Assembly (NCBI GenBank): GCA_963575745.1
Contig: CAUYUJ010000071.1
Location: 62,001-118,749, forward strand
Origin: Prorocentrum cordatum
Lineage: Eukaryota
Reading direction: 5' to 3'
Length of the DNA: 56,749 nt
The number at the start of each line of letters is the position of its first letter. Position 1 is the stretch's first letter. The position numbers and the translations under genes are program-made. The notes below the pieces were generated by a model. The model saw only the letters and a list, made by a program, of their open reading frames with translations, was not told the DNA's origin and searched no databases. Shown here piece after piece: positions 26,701 through 39,800 of this stretch.

Positions 26701-29700
26701 GTCTTGTGGTACTCGCTGAATTGCAGCTTTCGGCCGGGGTACTTGGTGGAGCGGCACGGCGGCAACACTTCGATCTTCATGTCGTGCACTAATACGTGGC
26801 TCGGTTGTTGTCTCGTTCGTTCGTGCCGGTGCCCATTGTGCAAAATGCAGGTCTTGTCTGGATGAATGTGAAGGCCGGTTTTCGCCGCTTCTGTGCTGAG
26901 GTCGGAGAGCATCGTTGTAATGTCGCTGCTGGAGTGCGCGATCAGGAGGATGTCGTCGGCGAAACGTAAGTTGTTCAACAGCTCGCCACCATGGGCGTGC
27001 AATTTGGATCAAAATCTCCGTGCTGCCCACTTCTGTTTCACCACTCGCATAACATGTTCGGAAACAGAATTGAGAAGCAGGGAGCTGAGTGGGTCGCCCT
27101 GTTCCGTACCCCTTGCGATGTCGACGTTTTTGCTGCGACGGTCGGTGTGGATGGTTCCTGTGTGTTGGCTGACAGCTTCTGGAACAAATTGATATACGGA
27201 GTCGGAACTTGCTGTTCTCTGAGAGATTCCCATATGCTCGCGTACGTCACGGTGCCGACAGCCTTCTTGAAATCGACGGCTGCGATCCAGAGCGGGGCCT
27301 GCCACTCATCTGTGATATCGTGCAAGATCGTCGCTGTGAATAAATGGTCGGTTGTTCCTCGCTTGGGTCTGAAACCCGCCTGGTCTGGACTTTGCTGGTC
27401 GTCTAACGTATCTCCCAAGCGTGTGCATAAGAGTTTTGGAAATAACTTATACAACATTGGTATGCTTGCGATCGGTCGATAATTCTCCGGGCGCACTGGG
27501 TCCCCACCCTGATGTAGTACCTTTCTCACAATGTGTTTCCAACTGGAGGAAGCGGGTGAGTCAGGACGTAAAATGTTGTTGAAGTGTATCCCCTGTGTGT
27601 TCGGAGCCCGCTTTGTTTTCAACTGGCGTAGTGCTTCCGACAGTTCACGGTCACTGAAAGGAGGAATCGTATCTGCTTCGTTTGGGCCGTCGTATTTCTG
27701 ATGTTCTTTCTGCGCGTCGCTGTACAAGTTCGCATAGAAATCTGCAATTACGTCTGCTATGGCCCGTCTGTCGTGCTGTGCTTGGCCACTTGCATCCACC
27801 GTGCCTGGAATCAAGTCCTTTCCCTTGTAGCGTTTAATCCCACTGGTTCGCTTTAGATCTCTGTGTTGGGTGAGAATTCGATCGATAGCGGCTGTGCGAA
27901 CGGCTCGTTTGACAGCCCTGAGCTCCTTGCGGATGCTCTTGTTTCTGTGTGCTCGTGCTGTCGTGTTGGTGGCTGGTGTGTCCCGTCTTTTCTGGAGTAG
28001 TTGTGCAATAGTGCTGGTCGTTGTCGCTTGCGTGGTGCCGAGTGCGTCGGATTGCTCTGTTTGGTGTTGCCCCGTTAGCGCCTCGGCGATGTCGGCCTCG
28101 ATGTTCTCGCACTTGAGCTGGAGTCGAGCGTCGAGCAATGGCTTGTCCAACTTGTCTGTGAGAGAGTGGCGGTATGCAGGGATGTCGTGTGGAGCCCAAG
28201 CCGGGCGGTTCCGTCGTGGTCGACGCTGTTTCCCCTGTCGAATTGGTGCGTCTTGCTGGCTGCTGTGTCGGTGTCGTCCGGGTGGTCGGAATGTTAATCG
28301 TAACTCTCTGTGGTCGGAGCCGAGGTCGATGTCGTTCGTTGCCTCGCAGTCGACAGTTGCTCGCCATATGGGTTTGCTGGTCAATATGAAATCAATTTGG
28401 GGTTGCTGTTCTTCGGGTGATGTGTACGTGGTCATGTTGCATGCGTGCTTGTAGAAGTACGTGTTCGTAATTTGTAGTCTTTCCGTGGACACCCAATTCT
28501 TTAGCCACTGGCCTTGCACGTTGACGTCGCCATATCCACATGGCCCGAAGGTACGTCGGTCGTCCTGGGATTGTCGCTGCCCCACCCGTGCGTTGCAGTC
28601 CGCTCCGATGATGAAGGCGAGCTTCGTCAAGGTGGCATTCGGTGGAGTTCTTGCAGAATGCTGTACATTGATTGAATGCTCTTGTCACTGTATCCGCTAT
28701 GTGGGAAATAAGCTGAAACGATGCGCAATCTCAATCCAGACACCACGATGTCAGCATACCATAATAGCTCGCTGATCGGTTGGAAACAGCGGATAGCATT
28801 CGCAAAGTTGTTATTCGAACCCGGACCCCATGAATATATGCCCATCTTTGGACGCCCACTGTTCGTGCTTCTCTTGACGCCATCTGTCGTTGAGTGTTAT
28901 AAAAGCCCCAACATGTACCACGCCATTCTTGGAAAAGCTCCTCCACACGATCTTCCGAAATAAGTCCACGCACGTTTACCCTCATCAACATCAATATCGC
29001 CACGGTCATTATCAACAAATCGGTGGGGTCCTTCAGTAGCGCCCCGTGCCCAGGAGACCCGGTCCAAAACTCCGCCACCAGGCGGGAGTCTTGAGCTGTG
29101 GCCAAGTGCACTACAGAACACGCCCCCCCACACATATACGCACACATCAGCTTCATCATCCCCCATCATCCCTGCTCATCATTTACACCCCTGACTTTCG
29201 TAGGGCCCAGCGTGCCTGGGCTGTCTCCCGTCTTCGAGATGTCGATGCGCGCCCCGCTGTTCTGCGGGGGGGGGGGGGGGCGAGGGTGATGGCGACGAGG
29301 GAGAGGGGAACAACGACGACGTCCACGGTGACTTCAAGGTCCTCCTCTTTTCCCCTCGTCCTCCTCCTTCACCTTCTCCTCGGTCGGCCGGTCGGTCGAA
29401 AGGCAGATGAGTCGAGGCCTAGCCACAGGTGGGACAGAGCAAAAGGGGAAAAAGAAAGTGATGGCAGCACCGGCAGCGGCGCGGGGCGTCGGGCAGCTCC
29501 TGCCCACGCCAAGAGGCGCAGGCGGCGCAGCGAGGAAGGCTACACAGAACTCATCCACATGAGGAGTACTGCCCAGGGCGCAAAGAACAGCCTCCCTCCT
29601 GAACAAGACCAACTACTGTCCATAGACGAGCGCCCGCCAACAAGCGGAGCGCACTGGAAACTTATTACCACTTCGAGTGAGTGTACACTGGCGGGGCCCT

Positions 29701-32700
29701 TGGGCACAGCACACATTCAGCGACAGGCTCCCTCAGTGGAAATTGCTCTACTACATGCGTTGAGTCCTTTGGTCGGAAAGGGCAGGTACAGGAACAGGCA
29801 GCAGTGCAAGCACAGCCGCGACAGTGAATACTTCACACACCCCTGGTCAGTATACGTGGTTCCTGAATCATACAGTCCATAGCAATACATACCACCCGCC
29901 TCTCCCTGTGCGCCCACGAAACGTGTGAGGGGTGTGCCGAATCGGGCGCGGGCACGCCATGCGGACCATGCCGCTGGGGCCTTCGGTGGAGCTCCCCTCG
30001 GCGCCCACAATACGTGTGAGGGGTGTGCCGAGTCGGGTGCGGGCACGCCATGCGGACCCTGCCGTTGAGGCCTTCGGTGGAGCTCCCTTCTGCGCCCACG
30101 AAACGTGTGAGGGGTGTGCCGAGCCGGGTGCGGGCACGCCATGCGGACCCTGCCGTTGGGGCTTTCGGTGGAGCTCCCTTCTGCGCCCACGAAACGTGTG
30201 AGGGGTGTGCCGAGCCGGGTGCGGGCACGCCATGCGGACCCTGCCGCTGGGGCCTTCGGTGGAGCTCCCTATGGGGCGACGAAACGTGTGAGGGGTGTGC
30301 CGAGTCGGGTGCGGGTACGCCATGCGAACCCTGCCGCTGGGGCCTCCGGTGGAGCTCCCCTCTGCGCCCACGAAACGTGAGGGGTGTGCCGAGTCGGGTG
30401 AGGGCACGCCATGCGGACCCTGCCGCTGGGGCCTTCGGTGGAGCTCCCTTCTGCGCCCACGAAACGTGTGAGGGGTGTGCCGAGTCGGGTGCGGGCACGC
30501 CATGCGGACCCTGCCGCTGGGGCCTTCGGTGGAGCTCCCTTCTGCACCCACGAAACGTGTGAGGGGGGTGCCGAATCGGGTGCGGGCGCGCCATGCGGAC
30601 CCTGCCATTGGGGCTTTCGGTGGAGCTCCCTTCTGCGCCCACGAAACGTGTGAGGGGGGTGCCGAGTCGGGTGCGGGCACGCCATGCGGACCCTGCCGCT
30701 GGGGCCTTCGGTGGAGCTCCATTCTGCGCCCACGAAACGTGTGAGGGGTGTGCCGAGTCGGGTGCGGGCACGCCATGCGGACCCTGCCGCTCGGGCCGTT
30801 GGTGGAGCTCCCTTCTGCGCCCACGAAACGTGTGAGGGGGGTGCCGAATCGGGTGCGGGCACGCCATGCGGACCGTGCCGCTGGGGCCCTCGGTGGAGCT
30901 CCCTTCTGCACCCACGAAAAGTGTGAGGGGGGTGCCGAATCGGGTGCGAGTACGCCATGCGGACCCTGCCGCTGGGGCCTTCGGTGGAGCTCCCTATGAG
31001 GCGACGAAACGTGTGAGAAGTGTGCCGAGTCGGGAGCGGGCATGCCATGCGGACCCTGCCGCTGGGGCCTTCGGTGGAGTCCCCTATGGGGCGACGAAGC
31101 GTGTGAGGGGTGTGCCGAGTCGGGTGCGGGTACGCCATGCGGACCCTGCCGCTGGGGCCTTCGGTGGAGCTCACTATGGGGCGACGAAGCGTGTGGGGTG
31201 GTACACCCTGCCGCTCGGGCCTTCGGTGGAGCACCCTACGGGGCCACGAAGCGTGTGAGGGTGTGCCGAGTCGGGTGCGAGCACGCCATGCGGACCCTGC
31301 CGCTGGGCCCTTCGGTGGAGCCCCCTTATGCGCCCACGAAACGTGTGAGGGGTGTGCCGAATTGGGTGCGTGTACGCCGTGCGGACCCTGCCGCTGGGGC
31401 CTTCGGTGCAGCTCCCTATGGGGCCACGAAGCGTGTGATGGGTGTGCCGAATCGAGTGCGGGCACGCCATGGGGACCCTGCCGCTGGGGCCTTCGGTGGA
31501 GCTCCCTTCTGCGTCCACGAAACGAGTGAGGGGTGTGCCGAATCGGGTGCGGGTGCGCCATGCGGACCCTGCCGCTGGGGCCTTCGGTGGAGCTCCCCAT
31601 GGGGCCACGAAGCGTGTGAGGGGTGTGCCGAATCGGGTGCGAGTACGCCGTGCGAACCCTGCCGCGGGGGCCTTCGGTGGAGCTCCCCATGGGGCCACGA
31701 AGCGTGTGAGGGGTGTGCCGAATCGGGTGCGGGCACGCCATGCGGACCCTGCCGCTGGGGCCTTCGGTGGAGCTCCCTTACGTGCCGACGAAGCGTGTGA
31801 GGGGTGAGCCAAATCGGGTGCGGGCACGCCATGCGGACCCTGCCGCTGGGGCCTTCGGTGGAGCTCCCCATGGGGCCACGAAGCGTGTGAGGGGTGTGCC
31901 GAATCGGGTGCGAGTACGCCATGCAGACCCTGCCGCTGGGACCTTCGGTGGAGCTCCATATGGGATCACGAAGCGTGTGGGCAGGGTGCGCCAAATTGGG
32001 TGCGAGCACGCCATGCGGACCCTGCCGCTGGGGCTTCTGGTGGAACTCACTATGCGCCCACGAAACGTATGAGGGGTGTGCCGAGTCGGGTGCGGCTACG
32101 CCACGCGGACCCTGCGCCGGGGGCCTTCGGTGCAGCTCCCTATGGGGCCACGAAGCGTGTGAGGGGTGTGCCAAATCGGGTGCGAATACGTCATGCGGAC
32201 CCTTCCGCTGGGGCCTTCGTTGGAGCTCCCCATGGGGCCACGAAGCGTGTGAGGGGTGTGCCGAAGCGGGTGCGGGTACGCCATGCGGACCCTGCCGCGG
32301 GGGCCTTCGGTGGAGCTCCCTATGCGCCCACGAACCGTGTGATGGGTGTGCCGAGTCGGGTGCGGGTGCGCCATGCGGACCCTGCCGCTGGGGCCTTCGG
32401 TGGAGCTCCCTATGGGGCCACGAAGCGTGTGAGGGGTGTGCCGAATCGAGTGCGGGCACGCCATGCGGACCCTGCCGCTGGGGCCTTCGGTGGAGCTCCC
32501 CTATGTGCCGACGAAGCGTGTGAGGGGTGAGCCAAATCGGGTGCGGGCACGCCATGCGGACCCTGCCGCTGGGGCCTTCGGTGGAGCTCCCTTATGTGCC
32601 GACGAAGCGTGTGAGGGGTGTGCCGAATCGGGTGCGAGTACGCCATGCGGACCCTGCCGCTGGGATCTTCGGTGGAGCTCCATATGGGATCACGAAGCGT

Positions 32701-33392
32701 GTGAGCAGGGTGCGCCAAATTGGGTGCGAGCACGCCATGCGGACCCTGCCGCTGGGGCTTCTGGTGGAACTCACTATGCGCCCACGAAACGTGTGAGGGG
32801 TGTGCCGAGCCGGGTGCGGCTACGCCACGCGGACCCTGCGCCGGAGGCCTTCGGTGCAGCTCCCTATGGGGCCACGAAGCGTGTGAGGGGTGTGCCAAAT
32901 CGGGTGCGAATACGACATGCGGACCCTTCCGCTGGGACCTTCGTCGGAGCTCCCCATGGGGCCACGAAGCGTGTGAGGGGTGTGCCGAAGCGGGTGCGGG
33001 TACGCCATGCGGACCCTGCCGCTGGGGCCTTCGGTGGAGCTCACTATGAGGCAACATGACGTGTGAGGGGTGTGCCGAATCGGGTGCGGGTACGCCATGC
33101 CAACCGTGCCGCTGGGGCCTTTGGTGGAGTCCACCATGTGTGAGGGGAGCTCCCCATGGGGCAACGGTCCGTGTGAGGGGTGTGCCGAACGGGGTGCTGG
33201 CACGCCATGCGGACCCTGCCGCTGGGGCCTTCGGCGGGGCCCACTATGGGGCCATGAAAAGTGTTAGGGATGTGCCGAATCGGGTGCGGGTACGCCATGC
33301 TAACCCTGCCGCTGGGGCCTTCGGTGGAGCTCCCTGTGGGGCCACGAAGCGTGTGAGGGGTGTGTGTGTGTGCGTGTGCGTGTGTGTAAGAG

Positions 33393-33425
<33 letters not shown>

Positions 33426-33856
33426 CGATGATGATGATGATGATGGTGGTGGTGATAATGATGGCGATGATGATGGTGGTGGTGATGATGACGAGGAGGA
33501 GGATGGTGCTGATGATGATGCTGCTGATGACGATGGTGATGATGATGATGATGATGATGAACTGGTGATGGTGGTGATGATGATCCGCATGGTGATGATG
33601 GTGGTGACGATGATGATACCGATAATGATGCTGATGGAAATAATGATGTTGATGATGACAATGCTGAGGATGATGATGATGGTGATGATACTGATAAGCG
33701 TGATGATAGTGATGGTGGCGGTGATGATGGTGCTGATGATGACGACGGTGCTGATGACGATGATGGTGATGATGATAATGATGCTGGTTATGATGCTGAT
33801 GACGATGACGATGGCGATAGTGATGGTGATGCCGATGCCGATGGCGATGTCGATGG

Positions 33857-33887
<31 letters not shown>

Positions 33888-36800
33888 AAGGGTGGTGGTG
33901 GTGTTGATGTTGATGTTGATGTTGATGCTGGTGTTGATGCTGATAGTGATGCTGATAATGATGATGCTGATGATGATGATGACGATGATGATGATGATCT
34001 TATTTCATTCATTGTGCCAGGGACGCTATTTGCTGCCAGGGGGCGAGGGCGACTGTCTCGCCAGCAGACGGGCGCGCGAGACAGACTGGGCAGCAGCCAA
34101 ACTCGAGAGACCAGAGAGGCGAGAGAGGGGGGGGAGGGAGGGAGACTTGAGCCGAGGCGGTTGCGGCACAGAGCATTGCAACGATCAAAGCACTACAAGC
34201 AGTTATATGATCTCATTTCATTCATTGTGCCAGGGACGCTATTTGCTGCCAGGGGGCGAGGGCGACTGTCTCGCCAGCAGACGGGCGCGTGAGACAGACT
34301 GGGCAGCAGCCAAACTCGAGAGACCAGTACTTGGCATCCCTGCAGACCCTGGCCCACGGCCGACAACATTATCAAACATTTACCGACGCAAGCTTACTGA
34401 GCCTCGCGTCGCGGAGGTTCGTCGCACTATTAACGAGCCAATCCGCACCCCACTGGGAAAACTCACGAGGGTATCTGTTCACGCTGAGAGCCCATGGGCG
34501 GCCAAGGGGATCGAGCGCCGTCAATCTGACGTGAAACTTGTTGTTGCCAGTGCACCTTCCACCGCGACCGTCACACAGAGGACGCGCGCTCAGTCGCGGA
34601 AAATCTGCGCCCCACGCCCACAGCTTAGTCGGGCGGGGGTGCAAGCCTCCGTACTGACAGAAGTTGAATTCGGCAGACTGCGAGGCTAGCGAGCACGCGT
34701 GCCTGAAAGAAGCGAGCGACGGCTGGGCCGAGCAGAGAGGGCATTCAGCTATAACAGGGACCCTTAATCGATGGCTCTCGAGGATCATGGCGGCGAGCGA
34801 ACCCCAGAAGCCCCGAGAGCGGGAGGAGGGGGGCCCAGGACCCGAGGAAGGAGAGGCCCACACCCCCAGGACCAGGGACCCCCGAAGCCACCCCAAGATC
34901 CTCTGGCGCACCGCGGGTCGAGACCAGTCAAGACCAGGATGCTTGTTGGGATCGAAACAGATGGCGGCGAATCCCCGAGCTCGCCAGCGCCGAACAATCG
35001 GCCACGAGGCGCTTCCAATCCCAATGAAAACCGAGCGAGGAAAAACGCAGGCAGCAGCAAGAGCTGCCGACAGCTGGCGCGTCAGATAGCCGTCCACCTG
35101 CTCGTCAGTGATGGTTTCACCTGGCCACGAGACGAGACGGCCCGCCTCGCGGGCACCGGCCACGGGAAAGGCGACCCCAGCGCTGCCGCCTCGATCAGCA
35201 TGACGAGGTGCGCGTCCACGCGCTGGCCGAACTCCATCACGTTGTCGGGCAGGTTGTTGATCTGCTGCTGGAGCTTGGTCCTCTTCGCGTAGCGGCGCAG
35301 TGAGGAGTCTGTGATCCACCTCCCGCGGTCCTTCACCTCGGGAAGGGAACGCCGCGCGGCCAGCAAGTCGTCGCTGGCCGCGCTGTGGCGCAGCACGTAC
35401 AGAGAGGGCTGCGCCTCCAGCCCCAGCAGCTCGGCCGCCTGGTTGAAGGCGTCGCGGACCTCCGCGACGTCGAAGTCCCACAGCGCCGTGCCGCCAGGAC
35501 GGGCGAGCTTGAGGGCCGCCCAGAGCGGCCACCAGTCCGTCTGATCCAGGGCCACGCTCTCGTCGGTGATCCCTGTCTTCCCAGGCCGCCCGTCCTCGCT
35601 CGGGTTGAGCACCAACCCCCACTCGCCGTAGCCCTTGCCTGCCAGCGGGTTCGGCGCCACCAGCGAATCGCCTCGAAGGCGAAAGGCCTCCGAGGGGCGG
35701 AGGTACGCCGCGAAGGAGAGAAGCACGAACATCGCGAAGGGCAGCTGGCCGAGCGAGATCATCGCGCCCACGATCGCCATCACGGCAGGCCGAGGGATCG
35801 GCAGCCGCACGCAGGGCGGCTTCAGCTTCTTCCAGCCGCCCAGCGCCCTGCACGCCCTCGGCAGCGCGGCGCGGGGGGGGCCCAGCGCTGGCAGCAGGTG
35901 TCGCAACGCCGACAGCGTTATCCGCCCCGTCGCCGTGTCGAAGCCGTCTAAGGCCAGGTGCGCCAGGAAGGCCGTCAAGATCACGTCGAGCTCCGACGAC
36001 GTAGTCCAGGACAGGCCCATCCACAGGCACCAGGTGACCAGCCTCTGGGCGTGCGCCGAGTAGCTCTTGGCGGTGGCGTCGGTGAGCGCCGCCGCCTCCA
36101 GGAAGCTCAGGCGGCCGCACTTCAGCTCCGTCAGGGACGCCTGGGGGGCGAGCCTCTGGCGCGCCAGCGTCATGGCGCGGGGAGGGCGCCTCCCGCGCCG
36201 AGGCCCGCGCGGCGCCGTCTCCACGTGGACGATCGCCCTGCCAGTGCGGCCCGACAAAGAAGCCCGACCTCGACGGGGCATCTGACGGGTTGAACTCCGA
36301 CGGCACCCAGCGCACGTACGCCCTGCAGCCCGTGGCGAGCAGCAGAGAGGTGATGCGGCGAAGAGGCCTGGTCAAATTTGCCGTCCGACCGCGGCCCTTG
36401 CCGGCGCTGAGAGCCAGAGCCAAATTGTCAACGAAGAGGAGGAGGCGGTGCCCCTGCAAGGGCCCCGAGCGCAGGAGGTGGCGGAGGGCGAACTCCAGAG
36501 CGTCCCCCTCAGACTCCAAAATGTTATTCCCCTTCGCGTGGACCCTGCTCGAGTGAACCACCTTCCAGTCGGTCTCCCTCAGGATCTCCTCGGGGACCTC
36601 CGTGAAGCCAGGGAGCCCCGCCCCGACGTCCAGGGCGTTCTCAAAGTTGGCGACGTCGTCCAGGCCCCGAAAACGCAGGAAAAGATGCCCAGGCGAATTT
36701 CCAGAATTTGCCGGGGCATCTTTTTGCACCATTTTTTCTGGTCGAAGTAGGCCCTCCTGACTTGATGAAGCCTCGTGAGCGTCTCCCAGAACGTGACCGG

Positions 36801-39800
36801 AAGGGCGCTGGACAGCAGAACTGGGGACCTCGGGCGAACCTGAAAGGGCATGTTGTCGAGCGGCTATGGCGTCATAGAACCTGTACCTGACCTTCTCGGC
36901 GAGACGACCGATCTCGGCGACGACGGGGACGGGCAGCGTGCGCCGACAGACCCCAATGCCATACCCCGACGAGTCAGACGCGGTGACATCGGGCGCCCAC
37001 GGCAACCGCCAAGACGTGGCCCACAGAGGCAATGTAGATTGGACCCACTGAAGCTCCCTGAGGACCCCGTCCCAGATCTTAGTCGGCTCCGGCGAACGAC
37101 TCCGCGAGAAAGCGAAAGTGGCCGACAGCATTGACAAGGTCTCCCGCCTGCTCAGCATGGCCCAAGTGATGTGACCGACTAAGGATGAGAGGGCACGGGG
37201 CGAAATCTTTCCGTGGCGCAGAACCGATCGAATTCCAAGCCGCAGGCGAGCAAGGCGGGCACACGGGACCCTCATGGCCCCCTTGATGCCGTCGAACTCC
37301 AGGCCTGTGAAGATCATGGATGTACGAGCACCCTGGACCTCGTGCACGGGCAAGTGATGACGAGACACAGCCTCTGAGATGCGCTGCAGCACGCGGTCAG
37401 CTAGCTCACGCGAGCCCGCGACCACGCAGAAGTTGTCGACATAGGCAGCCACGGCCCAGTCGTCAGTGCGCTGCAGCACGGTCGGCGGGGCCCCGTCGAC
37501 GATGAAGCGATGGCCCTCCACGGCCGCGTCTCGAACGATGATGTTGGTCAGAGCATCCTGGCAGAAATGCAAGGCCCAGTTCCAGCCCATGGGCATCACC
37601 AAAATCTCAGGCACCACGTCGATGTCCAGCCCCATGCCGTCCAAACGCAGAACCCGATTCGTGACACACGGAAGGGTGAAAGCGCGGGCCAGCTCCGAAG
37701 GCAGCTTCATGTGGTAAAAGGCGCACTGGATGTCCGCTGCCGCCATATAGCCGCTGACCTCGGGGCTGATCTCCATGCCTGCCCAGGACGCTGAAGTAGG
37801 TAACTTGGTCCCAGCAGGCTCCACGAATGAAAGGTTAGCAATGCGAGTGTCGAACACCATTCTCAGGCTCCCGTCCTTTTTGGTGACGAAGAACACGCCC
37901 ACTGAAGGCTGCTCCCGTTGCCGTCGAGGACGAAAGCGCAGCATCCCAGCCGCATCCAGTCGACGAAGAAAGTCGGCGTAGCGGTCGGGGCAGCTCAAAA
38001 GGAGAGGGTCGACGTAAGGCTTGACCAGTCCAGACTCCTTGCGCCTGGCGTCTGCCTCGGACTCGGAGACAAGCATACTCGTCCTCCATGACTCTAGCCG
38101 ATGCAAAGCGGCCTCGCTGCAGATATCGCCCAAAGGAGTGGGGGTCGTACCTGCGGCGGGCCAGGACACAGAGTCCTTGGCGTAGGGTCGCACCACGGTA
38201 TCGTCTTCGCAATAACCAGGTGTATGTCGGAGCAGCTCTTCGAGGGCGGCATCCGAGGTGGCCTTGTCGACAGGCATGTCAGCAGGCCACGAAAACGATT
38301 GAAATGAATCGGCAATGTGCTCCAGCGCCAGCCTCTGCGGTAAGTTAGCTGCACCATCGGGCGCCGAAACCTCGCGTCCACAACTGCGCTGGCCGTTGAG
38401 GTCGCTGAGGCTATCTATGCACTCGTTGGCCCAGACTCGCCAGGCAGCACCGCGATCACAACGTTGACGGGCACGACGAGAAACACAAAACTCCCGACGG
38501 GCGTCGACAGCGAGCCGAGGTAGGGGAAAGATATTGCGCTGGCGCTCGTCGGACGAGACCGCCATCGCGAAGCTGTGCAGCTCCTGGCCCGGGAAGTCCC
38601 AGCAGCCTCTGACGAGGGGCCTGCCACTGGAACGCGAAGCGCCGTGGGCTATTGACGCAACGCCCGCTCCTCGCGGGCCTTCCTGCGTTCTTTAGCCACC
38701 GCAGCCTCGGCTTTCAACTCGTCTGCAATCCACGTGCTGAGGAGAGGGCACACGCAAACGTTGCCGCGGCTCTCCTGCGCGCCGAGGAACAGGTTGTTCT
38801 CGACGCGATCGTCCAGCACGTTGCTCTTGTCCTTGTCCTTCTTGTCGTTACCCTTCGGCTTGAACGTCTGCTCAACCACCTTCTCTTCCAGGAGTTGGAG
38901 GCGACGTGCAGTCATCTCCAGATGCGAGAGCTCACCCACGTTGACCTGGTCATAGCACACCGCCAGCTCCAGGATGCGGCAAAGGAGGGCGTGCTCGCGC
39001 GTGATCGGGTCGTCCTCCGACATACGCCACTCCGACATCCACTTGGTGTGCCAAGCTGTCGGGGTCCCCGCCTGTCGCTGGATGTGGGCACACACCCAGG
39101 CGGCAGTCCTCGGACCACGCACAGGCCAATCCCTCCAGTTCGTCGATGAGTGGAGCATCGTTCCCTCACGGAAGTCCCTCCAGCGGTCGCCGCGGACGTC
39201 GATGCTCACGGCGTTGACGCGCAGGTCGGCTGGGGCAGCAGCCGCCGCAGGCGGGGCCGCCGCTGGCACCGCGAGCGCGCCCCCAGCCGCAGCCGCGGCG
39301 GGCACCGCGCCCGGCGCCGCAGCGGCCGGCGGCGCGGCCGCGGCCGCGGCGGCGGGCGGGGCCGGCAGTGCAGGGGCCCCAGGCGCGGCGGCGGGCGCGG
39401 CGCCCGCGCCCGCCAGGGCAGCCACCAGGCCAGGCATCGCGACGCCCCCTCCCGGCGCTGCTGCCGCAGCGCCTGCGCCTCCAGCGGCCGCCATCGCCTC
39501 TGCAGGGGCCCCCGCGGCAGGCCCGCCAGGTGCGCCAGGCACCGCCGCGGGCTGCGGCGCAGGGTCAGCAACCACGTGATTGCCCACCGCGAGGCCGCCC
39601 ACGTTGCCAGCGGCCAAGGGCATGTTGGCGGGCGACGCGGGGCGGCCGCCTCCGAAAAGCGCGGCCGCCTCCATGATGCCAGCCCACACGTCGGCGTCGG
39701 ACGGCAGCGCTCTGAAGCCGTACACGCGAAGCCCAGCTGGCCTCTCGCCCTGCCCTGCTATCATGATGATGCCCGCGATGTCGGCATCTGGAGTGCCACT

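Noticed and set aside
29909..33360. Possible CRISPR array or repeat-protein genes in the 91-bp array
   Set aside because: Units are homologous along their whole length with no unique spacers and no cas genes; the ORFs cycle through frames because the unit is not a multiple of 3
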